In this document: positions 28,700-39,017 of the stretch, one piece after another | Numbering within the stretch: position 1 is the stretch's first letter | Layout of the letters: the number at the start of each line of letters is the position of its first letter | IMG/VR virus record: IMGVR_UViG_3300023296_001079 | Location: 147 to 64,146 of that record | Source: a virus | Taxonomy: Duplodnaviria > Caudoviricetes | Reading direction: 5' to 3' (one strand) | Length of the DNA: 64,000 nucleotides | The notes under the pieces: model-generated | The model's input: only the letters and a program-made list of their open reading frames with translations | The model's database searches: none | Told to the model about the DNA's origin: nothing | Position numbers and translations under genes: made by a program

Positions 28700-29019
28700 A
28701 ACGGCGGCTTCTGTTTGACCTGAAGTATACCCAGGAGCAGTTCGACTTTCTGGTGTCTATGGGCAAGGAACTGGAACCGCCGGAACTTGATGCTTATGAG
28801 TTTTATATTTGGCAAGGCTTCCGGATACTGGCTACGTCAAGACCATCCGGGATGGACATTGGAGCGATTTCGTTTAGTGAATCCTTCCTGTTCTGGAGGG
28901 ATTTTAAAGGGCTGGTGGGAGAAGACCTAGAAGAGGCTCTCCATTTAACAAGGTTCCTGGACGTGGTGTATTTAAACCATATCCAGAAAGAGCAGGCCCG
29001 GAAGACTGGAAAAAGCTAA
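28690..29019 (+). CDS. Tail assembly chaperone -1 frameshift extension (gpGT-like)
   Basis: The -1 frame is open from the slippery heptamer through LEPPEL...W..F..L..SR..GM..GAI.FSE to 29019. Confidence 0.75.
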   Translation, partial: KKLERRLLFDLKYTQEQFDFLVSMGKELEPPELDAYEFYIWQGFRILATSRPSGMDIGAISFSESFLFWRDFKGLVGEDLEEALHLTRFLDVVYLNHIQKEQARKTGKS

Positions 29020-31455
29020 ATGTCCTTTGAGACCGGAATCAATGTCACCTTAGACCCGCGTGATGCCCGCAAGGGAATCATGGCTATTGAGCGGGACCTG
29101 AAAAGGTTGGGGACCCGGGCCCAGACGGAAGGCCGGAAGGCCACGGGGTCCTTCAGTAAAATGAGCGGTGCCATGCGAATGGCCTCCAGGGCGGCTGCCG
29201 GTCTGGGAATCGCCTTCGGGGCTTTAGCTTTTGGACGGTTGGCTGTGAGTATTGCCAAGTCCGCCGACCGCATGAACGTCCTCAACCAAAGATTCAAAAT
29301 CCTAACCGGGCAGGCCGGAGCCTTCGATGCCGTCCTGGACTCTGCCGCCAAGATGGGGGTGGGGGCGGAAGCCTTTGGCAACTCCTTTGCCCGGTTCGCC
29401 ATCGCGGGGGAACAGGTGGGCATGACCACCAACGAAGTTCTGAAGCTGACCGAGACCGTTAGCCAGTTGGGAATTATCGGCGGGGCGTCAACCCATGAAA
29501 TGACGGCAGCCATGATCCAGTTGGGCCAGGGCCTCGCCTCCGGCCAGCTACGGGGGGAGGAACTCCGGTCTGTCATGGAGCAGATGCCTCTGGTCACCAA
29601 GGCCCTGGTCAAGGGAGTCGGGGTGGACGGTGTTGGAGCCCTGCGGGCCATGGCGGAAGAGGGCAAGCTGACTGCCGACATAGTGGCGAAGGCTCTCCTG
29701 GGGGCGGCAGATGACGCGGCCTCCGCCTTTGCTGAATTGCCCCTCACCTTCGAGCGGGCCCAGAACACGCTTTCCGTGGAGTGGTCCAAGTTCACTGTGG
29801 CCTTGGACAATAAACTCCGACTTTCGGAGACCTTTATCTTCTTCACCGAGACCCTGGGGGATGCTCTCCGGTCCCTCACGGGGTGGCTGGACAACGACCT
29901 CCCCACCACGGTTGAAGCGTCCATGAAGGAGGTGGCGGCTCTCCAGAAGAAGATATTTGAGGCGGAAGAGTTCGCGGTGGGGGTGAAAATAAACAGCGTG
30001 GAATTTTCAAATAGGCTGGCGAAGAATGGGGCCTTCTCTGAGGGCCTTTTTTCCTCCCCAGACACCCCGACGTCCGGGACTCACCTGTCCTTGAGCGACG
30101 AAAGGGCCGGAGGACTGGAGGCCTTAAAGAAAGACCTTTCCCGGCAGATGGCGAACCTAAAGAAACTCCAAGGGATTGCGGGGGGCAACATGGATGCCTC
30201 TTTAAAGGAGGGCACCAGTACGGGGTTGCGAGACAAGACCCAGGTCACCCGGGTGGAGAACTACATCAAGGCCCTGGAAAAGCTAAAAGTGGCCCAGGGG
30301 GACAGCAACCGGGCCCTGGAGGATGAACTGTTCCTGGTGGATAAGGTGGCCATCGCCACGAAAGGCCTGGGGCCTCTCCAGGAGAAGGAACGAGACGCGG
30401 CCATTGCCCGGGTCATGGCAACACAGGAGCGGGCCCAGGTTGAGATTGAAGCCATGGAGAAAATACGGGACCTCCGTCTGAAGGTAAAGGCGGGCGACCT
30501 GACAGCGGACGAGATAGCCCAGTCAGAGGCCCTGATAAAGGTCATTTGGGCGCAGGCCCAGCAAGAGGGCGTCCTGACAGAGGCCTTGCTGTTGCGGCAG
30601 CACGCCGAATCGGTGGCCAATGACGCGGTCAAGGATGCGGCTTCGGTCCTGGAGAGTATCCGGACCCCCCTGGACATTTACATTGAGAAGCTGAAAGAGA
30701 TCGAGAAACTCCTGGCCGCCCAGCTTTTGACCCAGGCGCAGGCTACCAGGGCGGTGGAGAACGCAAAGGAGGCCTATATTGACGCGGACCCTGTCCTGTC
30801 CAAGGTCCGGGATGGAATGTACGGCCTGTCCGATGCCATGACCTCCAGCTTCCTGAATGCGGAATCTGCCGGGGATGCCTTTAAAGGATGGTTGAAGAGT
30901 TTCGTTGACGACCTCCTGAAGGAACTAAACCGGGCCATCATGAAGAAGCTGTTATTCGACCAAGTCTTCTCCCAGAGTTCCGGCGGAGGCGGAGGCGGCG
31001 GTATATTTGGCAGCATATTACAAGGCCTGGGCGGCCTCTTCGGAGGGTTCGGAGGCGGCAGCGCGGCGGGCGGGACCGTAATGACCCCAACGGCTACCAT
31101 TGCCAACGGTGGAGTCATGTCCGGCGGGGTTCTTTCCAAGTTTGCTCAGGGAGGTATTGTCTCAGGGCCCACCATGTTCCCCATGCGGAACGGGTCAGGC
31201 CTCATGGGTGAAGCTGGCCCGGAGGCTATCATGCCTTTAAAGCGTGGCCCTGGCGGCAAGCTGGGGGTGGCCGGAGGTGGAGGCGGCGGGACCCATATCA
31301 CCATTGACGCCCGGGGCTCTAACGGAGACGCCGCCGTGGAGGCTGCCGTGGAGAGAGGAATCCGCCGGGCGGGCCCTGCCTTGATAAACGCCAGCGTCAA
31401 CAAGGTCCGGACAGAACGGGCCAGAGACCCTAAATTCTTCGGGGGTAGAGACTAG
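29020..31455 (+). CDS. Tape measure protein
   Basis: QLGQGLASGQLRGEELRSVMEQMP; C-terminal FAQGGIVSGPTMF...GLMGEAGPEAIMPLKRG. Confidence 0.95.
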   Translation: MSFETGINVTLDPRDARKGIMAIERDLKRLGTRAQTEGRKATGSFSKMSGAMRMASRAAAGLGIAFGALAFGRLAVSIAKSADRMNVLNQRFKILTGQAGAFDAVLDSAAKMGVGAEAFGNSFARFAIAGEQVGMTTNEVLKLTETVSQLGIIGGASTHEMTAAMIQLGQGLASGQLRGEELRSVMEQMPLVTKALVKGVGVDGVGALRAMAEEGKLTADIVAKALLGAADDAASAFAELPLTFERAQNTLSVEWSKFTVALDNKLRLSETFIFFTETLGDALRSLTGWLDNDLPTTVEASMKEVAALQKKIFEAEEFAVGVKINSVEFSNRLAKNGAFSEGLFSSPDTPTSGTHLSLSDERAGGLEALKKDLSRQMANLKKLQGIAGGNMDASLKEGTSTGLRDKTQVTRVENYIKALEKLKVAQGDSNRALEDELFLVDKVAIATKGLGPLQEKERDAAIARVMATQERAQVEIEAMEKIRDLRLKVKAGDLTADEIAQSEALIKVIWAQAQQEGVLTEALLLRQHAESVANDAVKDAASVLESIRTPLDIYIEKLKEIEKLLAAQLLTQAQATRAVENAKEAYIDADPVLSKVRDGMYGLSDAMTSSFLNAESAGDAFKGWLKSFVDDLLKELNRAIMKKLLFDQVFSQSSGGGGGGGIFGSILQGLGGLFGGFGGGSAAGGTVMTPTATIANGGVMSGGVLSKFAQGGIVSGPTMFPMRNGSGLMGEAGPEAIMPLKRGPGGKLGVAGGGGGGTHITIDARGSNGDAAVEAAVERGIRRAGPALINASVNKVRTERARDPKFFGGRD

Positions 31456-32085
31456 ATGGCCATTACTTTCCCACGGGCCCTGCCTTCCACCATGCTGATT
31501 GACCAGGTGAACTTCGGCACCAACAACATTGTGGGCCGGGCCACCTCTGAGTTTTCCGGTAAGGGAAAGACCCAGGAGTTTTCTGGCCAGTGGTGGACCG
31601 CCAAGATTATTGTGTCCCCTTCGGAGAGGGAGGACGCCGCCCCCGTGGCCGCGTGGCTGACCTCTTTAAAGGGTAAGTCCAAGACCTTCCTGTTGGGTGA
31701 CCCCGGCGCGTCCTCTGCCCGAGGTTCCGCGTCTGTGACCCCGGGGACTCCTCTGGTGGACGGGGCGGCCCAGACGGGTGACGCCCTCCTCTGCAAGGGC
31801 GGGCCCCTATCGGCCACAGGCTACCTCCTGGAGGGTGACTACGTCCAACTAGGCTCTGGGGCCTCCACCCGTCTCCACATGGTCCTCCAGGACGTCAACA
31901 CGGACGGGGCCGGGGACTTCTCCCTGACCCTGTGGCCGGACCTTAGAGACAGCCCCGGGGATGGGGACACCCTGGTGGTGGACGCGACCACGGGCCTGTT
32001 CACCCTGGCCAGTAATTCTCAGGGCTGGGACCTGTCAGAGATAATTTACGGATTCAGCTTCGACGCGGTGGAGTCCTTGTACTAA
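31456..32085 (+). CDS. Distal tail protein
   Basis: Follows the TMP; S.FSG..Q...GQWW, W..SL.G...F.L.DP, L.LWP.LR. Confidence 0.75.
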   Translation: MAITFPRALPSTMLIDQVNFGTNNIVGRATSEFSGKGKTQEFSGQWWTAKIIVSPSEREDAAPVAAWLTSLKGKSKTFLLGDPGASSARGSASVTPGTPLVDGAAQTGDALLCKGGPLSATGYLLEGDYVQLGSGASTRLHMVLQDVNTDGAGDFSLTLWPDLRDSPGDGDTLVVDATTGLFTLASNSQGWDLSEIIYGFSFDAVESLY

Positions 32086-32657
32086 TGACGCGGACAATCT
32101 CCTCCACGGTTGTGGATCAGGTGGCGGCCCCCAGTTGCAAGCCTGTATTCCTGGCTCAGTTTGAGTATGATTCCTCCCCTCTGAATCTGTGGACCGGGAC
32201 CCAGCCTGTCCTCTACAACATAGGCAGGGGCGGGGGACCGGAGTCCTTTGTGGGTGCCGGAGACTTGCTGGGCGTTAGCCCGATTACCGAGACCCAACAA
32301 TTGAGGGCCACGGGGTTGGACTTCTCCCTCACGGGGATCAACGCCCAGATGTTGTCTATCGCCCTGGCGGAACCCTACCAGGGCCGCCAGTGCTCTCTCC
32401 ACCTTGGCTTCATGGAGGATGGAGACATCCTGGCGGGCCTGGAAATATTCCGGGGCCGGATGGACGTCATGACGATATCAGAGGGCGGTGTCACTTCCAG
32501 CATAACGGTTGCCGCCGAGTCCATTCTTATCGGCCTGGAGAAGCTTGACGAGAGACGATGGACCGGAGAGGACCAGAAAATATCCTACCCCACGGACCTG
32601 GGCTTTGACATGGTCCCCTCCCTGCAACAGAAGGAAATAACCTGGGGCAAGACATGA
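32085..32657 (+). CDS. Tail tip/hub protein (DUF2163/gpL-like)
   Basis: LWTG, F.G.G.L..VS.I.E, F.GRMD.M.I, RRWT.EDQ...YP.D.GF. Confidence 0.75.
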   Translation: MTRTISSTVVDQVAAPSCKPVFLAQFEYDSSPLNLWTGTQPVLYNIGRGGGPESFVGAGDLLGVSPITETQQLRATGLDFSLTGINAQMLSIALAEPYQGRQCSLHLGFMEDGDILAGLEIFRGRMDVMTISEGGVTSSITVAAESILIGLEKLDERRWTGEDQKISYPTDLGFDMVPSLQQKEITWGKT

Positions 32658-33094
32658 CCGCGCCCCGGAAAGAGGACTGGGTGGCACGGCTGGACCGCTA
32701 CTTTAAAGCGACCAAGAGCCGGGCCTTCGCCTGGGGCTCCCACGATTGTTGCACCTTCACCTATGGCGCGGTGGGGGAGATGACGGGGGAAGACCCTATG
32801 ACAAAATACCGCCGGAAATACCGAACCCGAAACCGGGCCTTTGCTATGGCCAAGCGAGTGGGCGGCGGTGACCTGGGAGCCCTGGCGGAAAAGTTTGCGG
32901 CCACCTTGGGCCTAAAAGAGATTGCCCCCGGCTTCGCCCGGCGCGGTGACATTGTTCTGTTCCCAACGGATGACGGGCCCGGGATGGGCGTGGTAGACTT
33001 GACGGGGCGCGGCATTAAAGGCCTGCACCCGGAGAGGGGTTTGACGCACGTCCCCCTGACCGTGGCAACCAGGGCCTGGAGAGTGGGACGATAG
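32654..33094 (+). CDS. NlpC/P60-like tail protein (gpK-like)
   Basis: FAWGSHDCCTF and ARRGDIV motifs. Confidence 0.8.
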   Translation: MTAPRKEDWVARLDRYFKATKSRAFAWGSHDCCTFTYGAVGEMTGEDPMTKYRRKYRTRNRAFAMAKRVGGGDLGALAEKFAATLGLKEIAPGFARRGDIVLFPTDDGPGMGVVDLTGRGIKGLHPERGLTHVPLTVATRAWRVGR

Positions 33095-33095
33095 A

Positions 33096-36002
33096 ATGGG
33101 CGGTGTATTCGGAAGCGTAGCCCGGGCCTTTATCGGCGCGGCCTTGACCGTTGCCACGGGCGGGGGTTTCGCCTTGGCCATGTTGTCTTTCGCCGGGTCC
33201 TTGCTTCTGGGCTTCATATCCTCCGCCCTGGCCCCAAAACCTAAGTCCCCCAACCTGATGGATTTTACGTCCCTGTCCCAGGACCGAACCCGGCAGTTCA
33301 GGCAGCCGGTGACCGCGTGGCGGACCCTGTACGGGGAGGCGCGTGTCTCCGGGCCCCTTACCTTCCTGGGGGCCACCAAGAACAACAAGCGCCTCCACAT
33401 GGTCATCACCCTGGCCGGGCATGAATGCGAGGGAATTGATACCCTGTATGTCAATGACGACACGGTGTCCCTAGACTACGACCTGGGCGACAACAACGTG
33501 GTGAACACGGGGAAATATATCAACCTGATTCGGTGCTACACCCACCTGGGGGTGGTTGACGGGACCCAGCCCTTCCCGGCTTTAGCTTCTGCCGTTACGG
33601 AGTGGGCAGAGGACCACAGGCAGGACGGCCACACCAAAGTCTATATTGAGATGACGTACGACCGGAACAAGTTCCCCTCCTCCATTCCGAATCTTAGCTT
33701 CTGGACCAAGGGAAAGAAGGTGGTGGACTCGCGGAACGCCTCCACGGTGGCCTGGACGCCCAACCCTGCCCTTGGGGTCCGGGACTATCTTGTCACGCCC
33801 AAGGACCTGACCGGATTTGGAGCCTCCACCCTGGAGGTCAACGACACCTTCACCAACGCGGCGGCCAACACCAGTGAGGAGATAGTGTCCACGGCCCGCA
33901 TAGTGGTGTCTGTGCTGTCCTCCCGAGCCTCTACAGACGTCATGACCCTGGAAGGCTCCACCACGGTCCTATTCACAGGAGACCGCGTCCTGGCGTCCGC
34001 CACAGATGCTGGCGTCCTTCCCGCCGGGTTGGCCGCCGGAACGGACTATTTCTACATCCCCAAGGTTCGGATTGGGGAACTACGGGGCAAGCTGGCCACC
34101 ACCTACGCCAACGCCCTGGCAGGGACGGCCATTGACCTGACAGACGATGGGACGGCCCCGTTCGCTATCATCAAGACTGGGGAGCCCCGGTACACCATGA
34201 ACGGTCTCCTGGAATCAGACCGGAATCATGTGTCGAAGCTTACGGATATGTTGTCCGCCATGGGCGGGCGGGCGATACACGCCACAGGGGAATGGAGGAT
34301 CACGGCGGCGGCCTATGAAGCCCCGGAGATTGACTACAGTGAGGATGATTTCATCACCCCACTGTCAATCAAGACCAAGGTAAGTCTGAAGGACCGGTTC
34401 AACGCGGTGAAGGGAATCTATGTCTCCAGCCTCAACATAGACCAAGCCTCTGACTATCCGCCGGTTACAAATGCCGTCTATCAGGCGGAGGACAACGGGG
34501 AGAGGAAGTACCTGGACCTTGACCTGCCCATGACCAACCGCCCCCAGACCGCCAAGCGGCTGGCCAAGATTGAATTGGAGAGGTTCCGCCAGGAGATTGT
34601 CATGGAGGGGACCACTACTTTAAAGGGTCTTCGGAGCAGGGCGGGCGACACGGTGACCTTGACCCTGGCTCGTATGGGCTGGTCCGCAAAAGTGTTTGAG
34701 GTCACCACCTGGAAGCTGGCACTGGTAGGGGACGAGGACAGTCCATACTTGGGCTGTGAAATGACCTTCAAGGAAACAGCCTCGGACGTCTTCGATTGGA
34801 ATAGTGGGCTGGAGACCCAGGTGGACCCGGCCCCGAATACCAACCTGCCTTCCGCTTTCGACGTCACGCCCCCCAGCGGCCTGACGATCACGGAGGAGAC
34901 CTACGAGACCCGGGACTCCTCTGGGGTCAAGGCCCGGGCCATAATTTCCTGGACGCTTTCCCCGGACGCTTTTGTGGAAAGTTATCAGGTCCAGTTTAAG
35001 CTTTCCACGGAATCGGAGTGGACCATCGCCCCGAACGTGGACCAGGACGCCACCTCCCTGAAGCGAGAAGACGTCTCCCCGGGAATCTACGATTTCCGCC
35101 TGAAGGCAATTAACACGGTGGGAATCTCCTCCGATTTCATCACCAAGACCCAGGAGATTTATGGCCTCCTGGCGGCTCCGACCGAGCCCCAGAATATGAC
35201 CATCACGGCCCAAGGCGGTCTGGCTATTATCCAATGGGATCGAATGACGGACCTGGACGTCCGGGTGGGTGGATACGTCTACATCCGGCACAGCAACCTT
35301 CTGTCCGGGGCCGCCTGGATTGGGTCCGTGTCAATCGGAAACGCCATTCCAGGGTCCGAGACCATCGCGGTTCTTCCTTTAAAGGGCGGGACATATTTGG
35401 CCAAGGCCGTGGACAGTTCAGGGACCCGGAGCGACGGCTTTTCCTCTGTCACCACCAAGCAGGCCAACGTGGCCCAGTTCGCCCTGTCCTCCACCATCCA
35501 GGAGGATACGGCCTTCACCGGGTCCACTACCAACATAGCAGTGAACGCGGGCGCTATCCGTCTGGGCTCCTCCGCCCTGGTGGATACCATTGCGGACGTG
35601 GACTCCGTGGTGGACTGGGACGTGGAGGGTGGCGTGGTCAACGAGGGGACCTATCTGTGGTCAACCGTCTTTGACTTCGGGGACGTCACGGACAAGAGAA
35701 TCACCACCCTGGTCTCCGCCGTGGTGTTCGATGCCTTCGACCAGATAGACGACAGGCTGGGGAACATAGACGACTGGGAGACCTTCGACGGGGACGACAC
35801 CGGGGAGGCGGACGCCCGGACCTTCATGAGACAGACAGACGATGACCCCACAGGCAGTCCGACCTGGGGGACCTGGGAGCGGGTGGAGGTGGCGGACGTC
35901 TCCGCCTGGGGGGTACAGCTAAAAACGGTCCTCACCACGGTGGACAACAACCACAACATTGACGTCTTAAAATTGAGGGCCACAGCCCAGTCAGCGGCCT
36001 AG
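33096..36002 (+). CDS. Central tail fibre/tip attachment protein (gpJ-like) with FN3 domains
   Basis: YGEARVSG, W..NPAL..RDYL, RY.MNG, FNAVKG.Y, DLP.T.....AKRLAKI.L.R; C-terminal FN3-like repeats. Confidence 0.9.
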   Translation: MGGVFGSVARAFIGAALTVATGGGFALAMLSFAGSLLLGFISSALAPKPKSPNLMDFTSLSQDRTRQFRQPVTAWRTLYGEARVSGPLTFLGATKNNKRLHMVITLAGHECEGIDTLYVNDDTVSLDYDLGDNNVVNTGKYINLIRCYTHLGVVDGTQPFPALASAVTEWAEDHRQDGHTKVYIEMTYDRNKFPSSIPNLSFWTKGKKVVDSRNASTVAWTPNPALGVRDYLVTPKDLTGFGASTLEVNDTFTNAAANTSEEIVSTARIVVSVLSSRASTDVMTLEGSTTVLFTGDRVLASATDAGVLPAGLAAGTDYFYIPKVRIGELRGKLATTYANALAGTAIDLTDDGTAPFAIIKTGEPRYTMNGLLESDRNHVSKLTDMLSAMGGRAIHATGEWRITAAAYEAPEIDYSEDDFITPLSIKTKVSLKDRFNAVKGIYVSSLNIDQASDYPPVTNAVYQAEDNGERKYLDLDLPMTNRPQTAKRLAKIELERFRQEIVMEGTTTLKGLRSRAGDTVTLTLARMGWSAKVFEVTTWKLALVGDEDSPYLGCEMTFKETASDVFDWNSGLETQVDPAPNTNLPSAFDVTPPSGLTITEETYETRDSSGVKARAIISWTLSPDAFVESYQVQFKLSTESEWTIAPNVDQDATSLKREDVSPGIYDFRLKAINTVGISSDFITKTQEIYGLLAAPTEPQNMTITAQGGLAIIQWDRMTDLDVRVGGYVYIRHSNLLSGAAWIGSVSIGNAIPGSETIAVLPLKGGTYLAKAVDSSGTRSDGFSSVTTKQANVAQFALSSTIQEDTAFTGSTTNIAVNAGAIRLGSSALVDTIADVDSVVDWDVEGGVVNEGTYLWSTVFDFGDVTDKRITTLVSAVVFDAFDQIDDRLGNIDDWETFDGDDTGEADARTFMRQTDDDPTGSPTWGTWERVEVADVSAWGVQLKTVLTTVDNNHNIDVLKLRATAQSAA

Positions 36003-36056
36003 TGGACCAGGGCCCCCTTTAACGGTAGAGTGTCACGGCCTCAGAGGACTTGATGA

Positions 36057-36695
36057 ATGTCACAACATGATTTTAACCTAGCCAACGCCAGCGGGTCCGC
36101 CTTTCGGTCTGACCTGAACAATGCCCTGAGCGCGATTCTATCCAACAACTCCTCCACCGTGGTCCCTACGACTACCGAGGCCTATATGTGGCACGCGGAC
36201 GTCTCCGCAAATGTGATGCACGTCCGGGACCAAGCGGACGCCCTGTTCATCAAGGTGTTCAAGATGACGGCCTCCGCTGTCATGCCCTACATCCTGGACG
36301 CCGCCGGGGAACCGGAGATTGGTTCGGCCATCGTCCAGAGGACCAACAACAACACCTTCGCCAAGGCCCAGAGAGCGGCCATCGCTTCGGTGACCTACGC
36401 CTCCACCCTCGCCCTTGACCTGAATGATGGAAACAATTTCCAGATAACCCCCCTCTCCGGGAACCTGACCCTGTCGGACCCGTCCGCCATCACGTCCTCA
36501 GTGGGCCAGGGCGGCTCCATATGGGTCAAGCAGGACGGCGCAGGCTCCAGGACTATCTCCTTCGGGTCCATGTGGAAGTTCTCCGCAGGAACGGCCCCCA
36601 CGGCCTCCACAGCGTCCGGCACCACCGACCGGGTGGACTACAAGGTCCGCAACGCCTCGACCGTGGACGCCGCCTACACCCTGGACGTTTCCTAA
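36057..36695 (+). CDS. Tail fibre/baseplate-associated protein
   Basis: MSQHDF.LANASG.AFRSDLNNAL; LDL..GNNF...L.GN.TL..P, QDG.GSRT.SFGS.WKF..GTAP. Confidence 0.75.
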   Translation: MSQHDFNLANASGSAFRSDLNNALSAILSNNSSTVVPTTTEAYMWHADVSANVMHVRDQADALFIKVFKMTASAVMPYILDAAGEPEIGSAIVQRTNNNTFAKAQRAAIASVTYASTLALDLNDGNNFQITPLSGNLTLSDPSAITSSVGQGGSIWVKQDGAGSRTISFGSMWKFSAGTAPTASTASGTTDRVDYKVRNASTVDAAYTLDVS

Positions 36696-38018
36696 ATGTC
36701 ATTATTTGGGGAAGCTGACCTCCTCCTTTCCGGAGGCCAATCCGGGGAACAGAATTTCTTCCAAATTCTGACAGACCTGTCCATGATCGCGGATTTAAAG
36801 CTGTGCCTGGACGCCGGGTCCCTGGCTTCTTATGACGGAACGGACGGAGGCTGGCAGGACCTGACCGCCAACGCCTATCAGTTGTTTTTGGGCATAGATG
36901 ACACTGTCGAGGCGGCTGATCCGGAGTTTATGGGGGTGGCTGGAGACCTGTCCGGCGCGGAATTTTTCGAGTGCGACGGGTCCGAATATTTCACTTTTGA
37001 TGAAGCCGGGGGGATGCCCTCCTGGATTTCAGATATGCACAAGGTGGGGGCCCAGTGGTCCCTCTTGATTTGGGCCAAGCTAAAAACTAGCGGCACAAAT
37101 GACTACCTCGTCAATACTATGTCCTCTTCCAGTACCAATGGATTCAGACTTGACACCACGGGGAGGGATTTAAGCCTATTTGTCCACGGGGCTTTGACTG
37201 TATCCAACACAACCGCCAACGTGTACGACGATGACACCTGGAACTTGGTTGGGGCGAACATAGATGCCGTTGGGTCCACCACCAGCTTCTACTTCCTCAA
37301 TGGCCAATATGCCCCGGTAGCGGACGCGGACCTATATGACGCGGACTTTACGGGTGCGGGGTCAAGTGACGCGGATACTCTTATGTTGGGGGCCCGCCCG
37401 GGCGGGGGAACGGTGGTCCCTGCCGGGTACGGGTACGCGGGCGCGGCATTCTTTGACGGGCTCCTGACCATCGGTCAAATGCAAGACTTCTGGAACGCCA
37501 CGCGGGCCCGGTTCGGGCTCTACAACGGCACCTGGGCCGGAACAGCGGGAGCCGCGAAACAGTGTGAAGATAGCCTGATTCCCGGGTTCCGATTCATCGC
37601 CACAAAAACGGGCTATATATCGGGCGTCACCTTCAACTTGACGGCGGAGCATACGTCCAACACCATCCAGGCTCGAATCTATGCGGACGGCTCCAACACC
37701 CCGAACGTCACAGACCATGCCGCCTCCTCCAACACGGTGGGCACCTCCATTGCCCCAGGGGACGCGGACTTCACCTTTGCCGACAATTCAGCGGACCCTG
37801 TGGCGGGAGGAAACTACGTCACCCAGGGAACCGCCTACTGGGTTGTTCTGTGCAAGACGAACGGGGCCATTGACTCCACGGGCTGGAGCATGGCTACGGT
37901 CACCGAAATATACGGCAACGAAAGTGGACGGGCGTCCACCATCACGGGGATTCCCATGGACGCCCTGGGAACAACGCTCCATTGGAAGTGTAAACTTAAA
38001 TATAACGGAGAGGCCTAA
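36696..38018 (+). CDS. Lectin-like (LamG) receptor-binding protein
   Basis: LKLCLDAG..ASY.G...WQDL; QDFWNATRARFG end of domain; additional C-terminal beta domain. Confidence 0.7.
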   Translation: MSLFGEADLLLSGGQSGEQNFFQILTDLSMIADLKLCLDAGSLASYDGTDGGWQDLTANAYQLFLGIDDTVEAADPEFMGVAGDLSGAEFFECDGSEYFTFDEAGGMPSWISDMHKVGAQWSLLIWAKLKTSGTNDYLVNTMSSSSTNGFRLDTTGRDLSLFVHGALTVSNTTANVYDDDTWNLVGANIDAVGSTTSFYFLNGQYAPVADADLYDADFTGAGSSDADTLMLGARPGGGTVVPAGYGYAGAAFFDGLLTIGQMQDFWNATRARFGLYNGTWAGTAGAAKQCEDSLIPGFRFIATKTGYISGVTFNLTAEHTSNTIQARIYADGSNTPNVTDHAASSNTVGTSIAPGDADFTFADNSADPVAGGNYVTQGTAYWVVLCKTNGAIDSTGWSMATVTEIYGNESGRASTITGIPMDALGTTLHWKCKLKYNGEA

Positions 38019-38019
38019 C

Positions 38020-38742
38020 ATGGCAGACCCCACCAGCCGCTATGGAGTCCTGACCCTGAAGAACAGCGGGGCCTACGAGTTGCCCCTGACCCGGGAATTT
38101 ACACGACCGGAACAGGTAACCGTGGAGAAGAACGGATTCCGGACCATCCACCCCAAGTCCATATGGACCATATGGACCAACCGTCAACTCCAGAAGGTGG
38201 GCCTGTGCCGTATTGCGGACGCCACCTCCGTCCCTGCCGGGAAGGAGCGGACCAGCACCCTGTCCCAGGAGAACCTGACCCCGGGGATGGTCACCAGGAA
38301 GTTCACGCTCCGGAACATACCCGTGGCGGGCCCCAGGAGGTCCCTGAGTGGCCGAGTCAACTCTATCCGGGACGACCACATAGAAGGCGGTCTGACCATC
38401 ACCCACGGCGGCTCCCCGTATGTCCTGGAGACCGACCGGGGCAGCCGAATCAATGTCTCGGGTCTGGCGGCAGCCATAGGGGCCGGTCTGTCTCTCCCTT
38501 TAAATGCAGACGGGACCGTCAACACCCTGGGGACTGGGACCCACATATCCTGGCGGACCAAGAACAACACAGACCTCCTCCTGGACGCCACGGCCTTCTT
38601 GTCCGTGATCGGAAGGCCTCTCCTGTACCACGTCAACAACTGCCATTTAGCGGCCAGGGCCCACAAGCTGGCCATCTCAACCCTGACTTCTGTGGAGGCG
38701 GCGGCCTACGATTTGGAGGCGGGGTGGCCACCGAGCCCCTAA
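38020..38742 (+). CDS. Tail fibre assembly-associated protein (DUF4376-like)
   Basis: R......GG.......ETD..SR.N, WRTKNN, HV..C......HK..I, YDLEAGWP. Confidence 0.7.
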   Translation: MADPTSRYGVLTLKNSGAYELPLTREFTRPEQVTVEKNGFRTIHPKSIWTIWTNRQLQKVGLCRIADATSVPAGKERTSTLSQENLTPGMVTRKFTLRNIPVAGPRRSLSGRVNSIRDDHIEGGLTITHGGSPYVLETDRGSRINVSGLAAAIGAGLSLPLNADGTVNTLGTGTHISWRTKNNTDLLLDATAFLSVIGRPLLYHVNNCHLAARAHKLAISTLTSVEAAAYDLEAGWPPSP

Positions 38743-38751
38743 AAAGCTAAA

Positions 38752-39006
38752 ATGGAGGACAGAAAAGGGGCTTTAACCTTCGGGTGGTTGCGGAAAATGT
38801 CAGAGGACAGTAAGCACACGGCCAAGATAGCTGTCCTGGAGGAGAGAACCTCCACGATTCAAGACGAGATTCGGCGGGTTGAGGAGAGGCTTTCGGAGTT
38901 TGTCCCTCTGAGTCGATACCAAGCTGTGGAACGAACATTCTGGGGGTGTGTCTCTCTTATTATCGGCATTGTTTTCGGCGGCATTGCCAAGCTGGCGCTA
39001 TTTTAA
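38752..39006 (+). CDS. Small coiled-coil protein with C-terminal TM helix (lysis-cassette, holin-like)
   Basis: IAVLEERT.TIQDEIRRVEERL followed by hydrophobic FWGCVSLIIGIVFGGIAKL; alternative start 38797. Confidence 0.6.
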   Translation: MEDRKGALTFGWLRKMSEDSKHTAKIAVLEERTSTIQDEIRRVEERLSEFVPLSRYQAVERTFWGCVSLIIGIVFGGIAKLALF

Positions 39007-39017
39007 AGGATTGGGTC

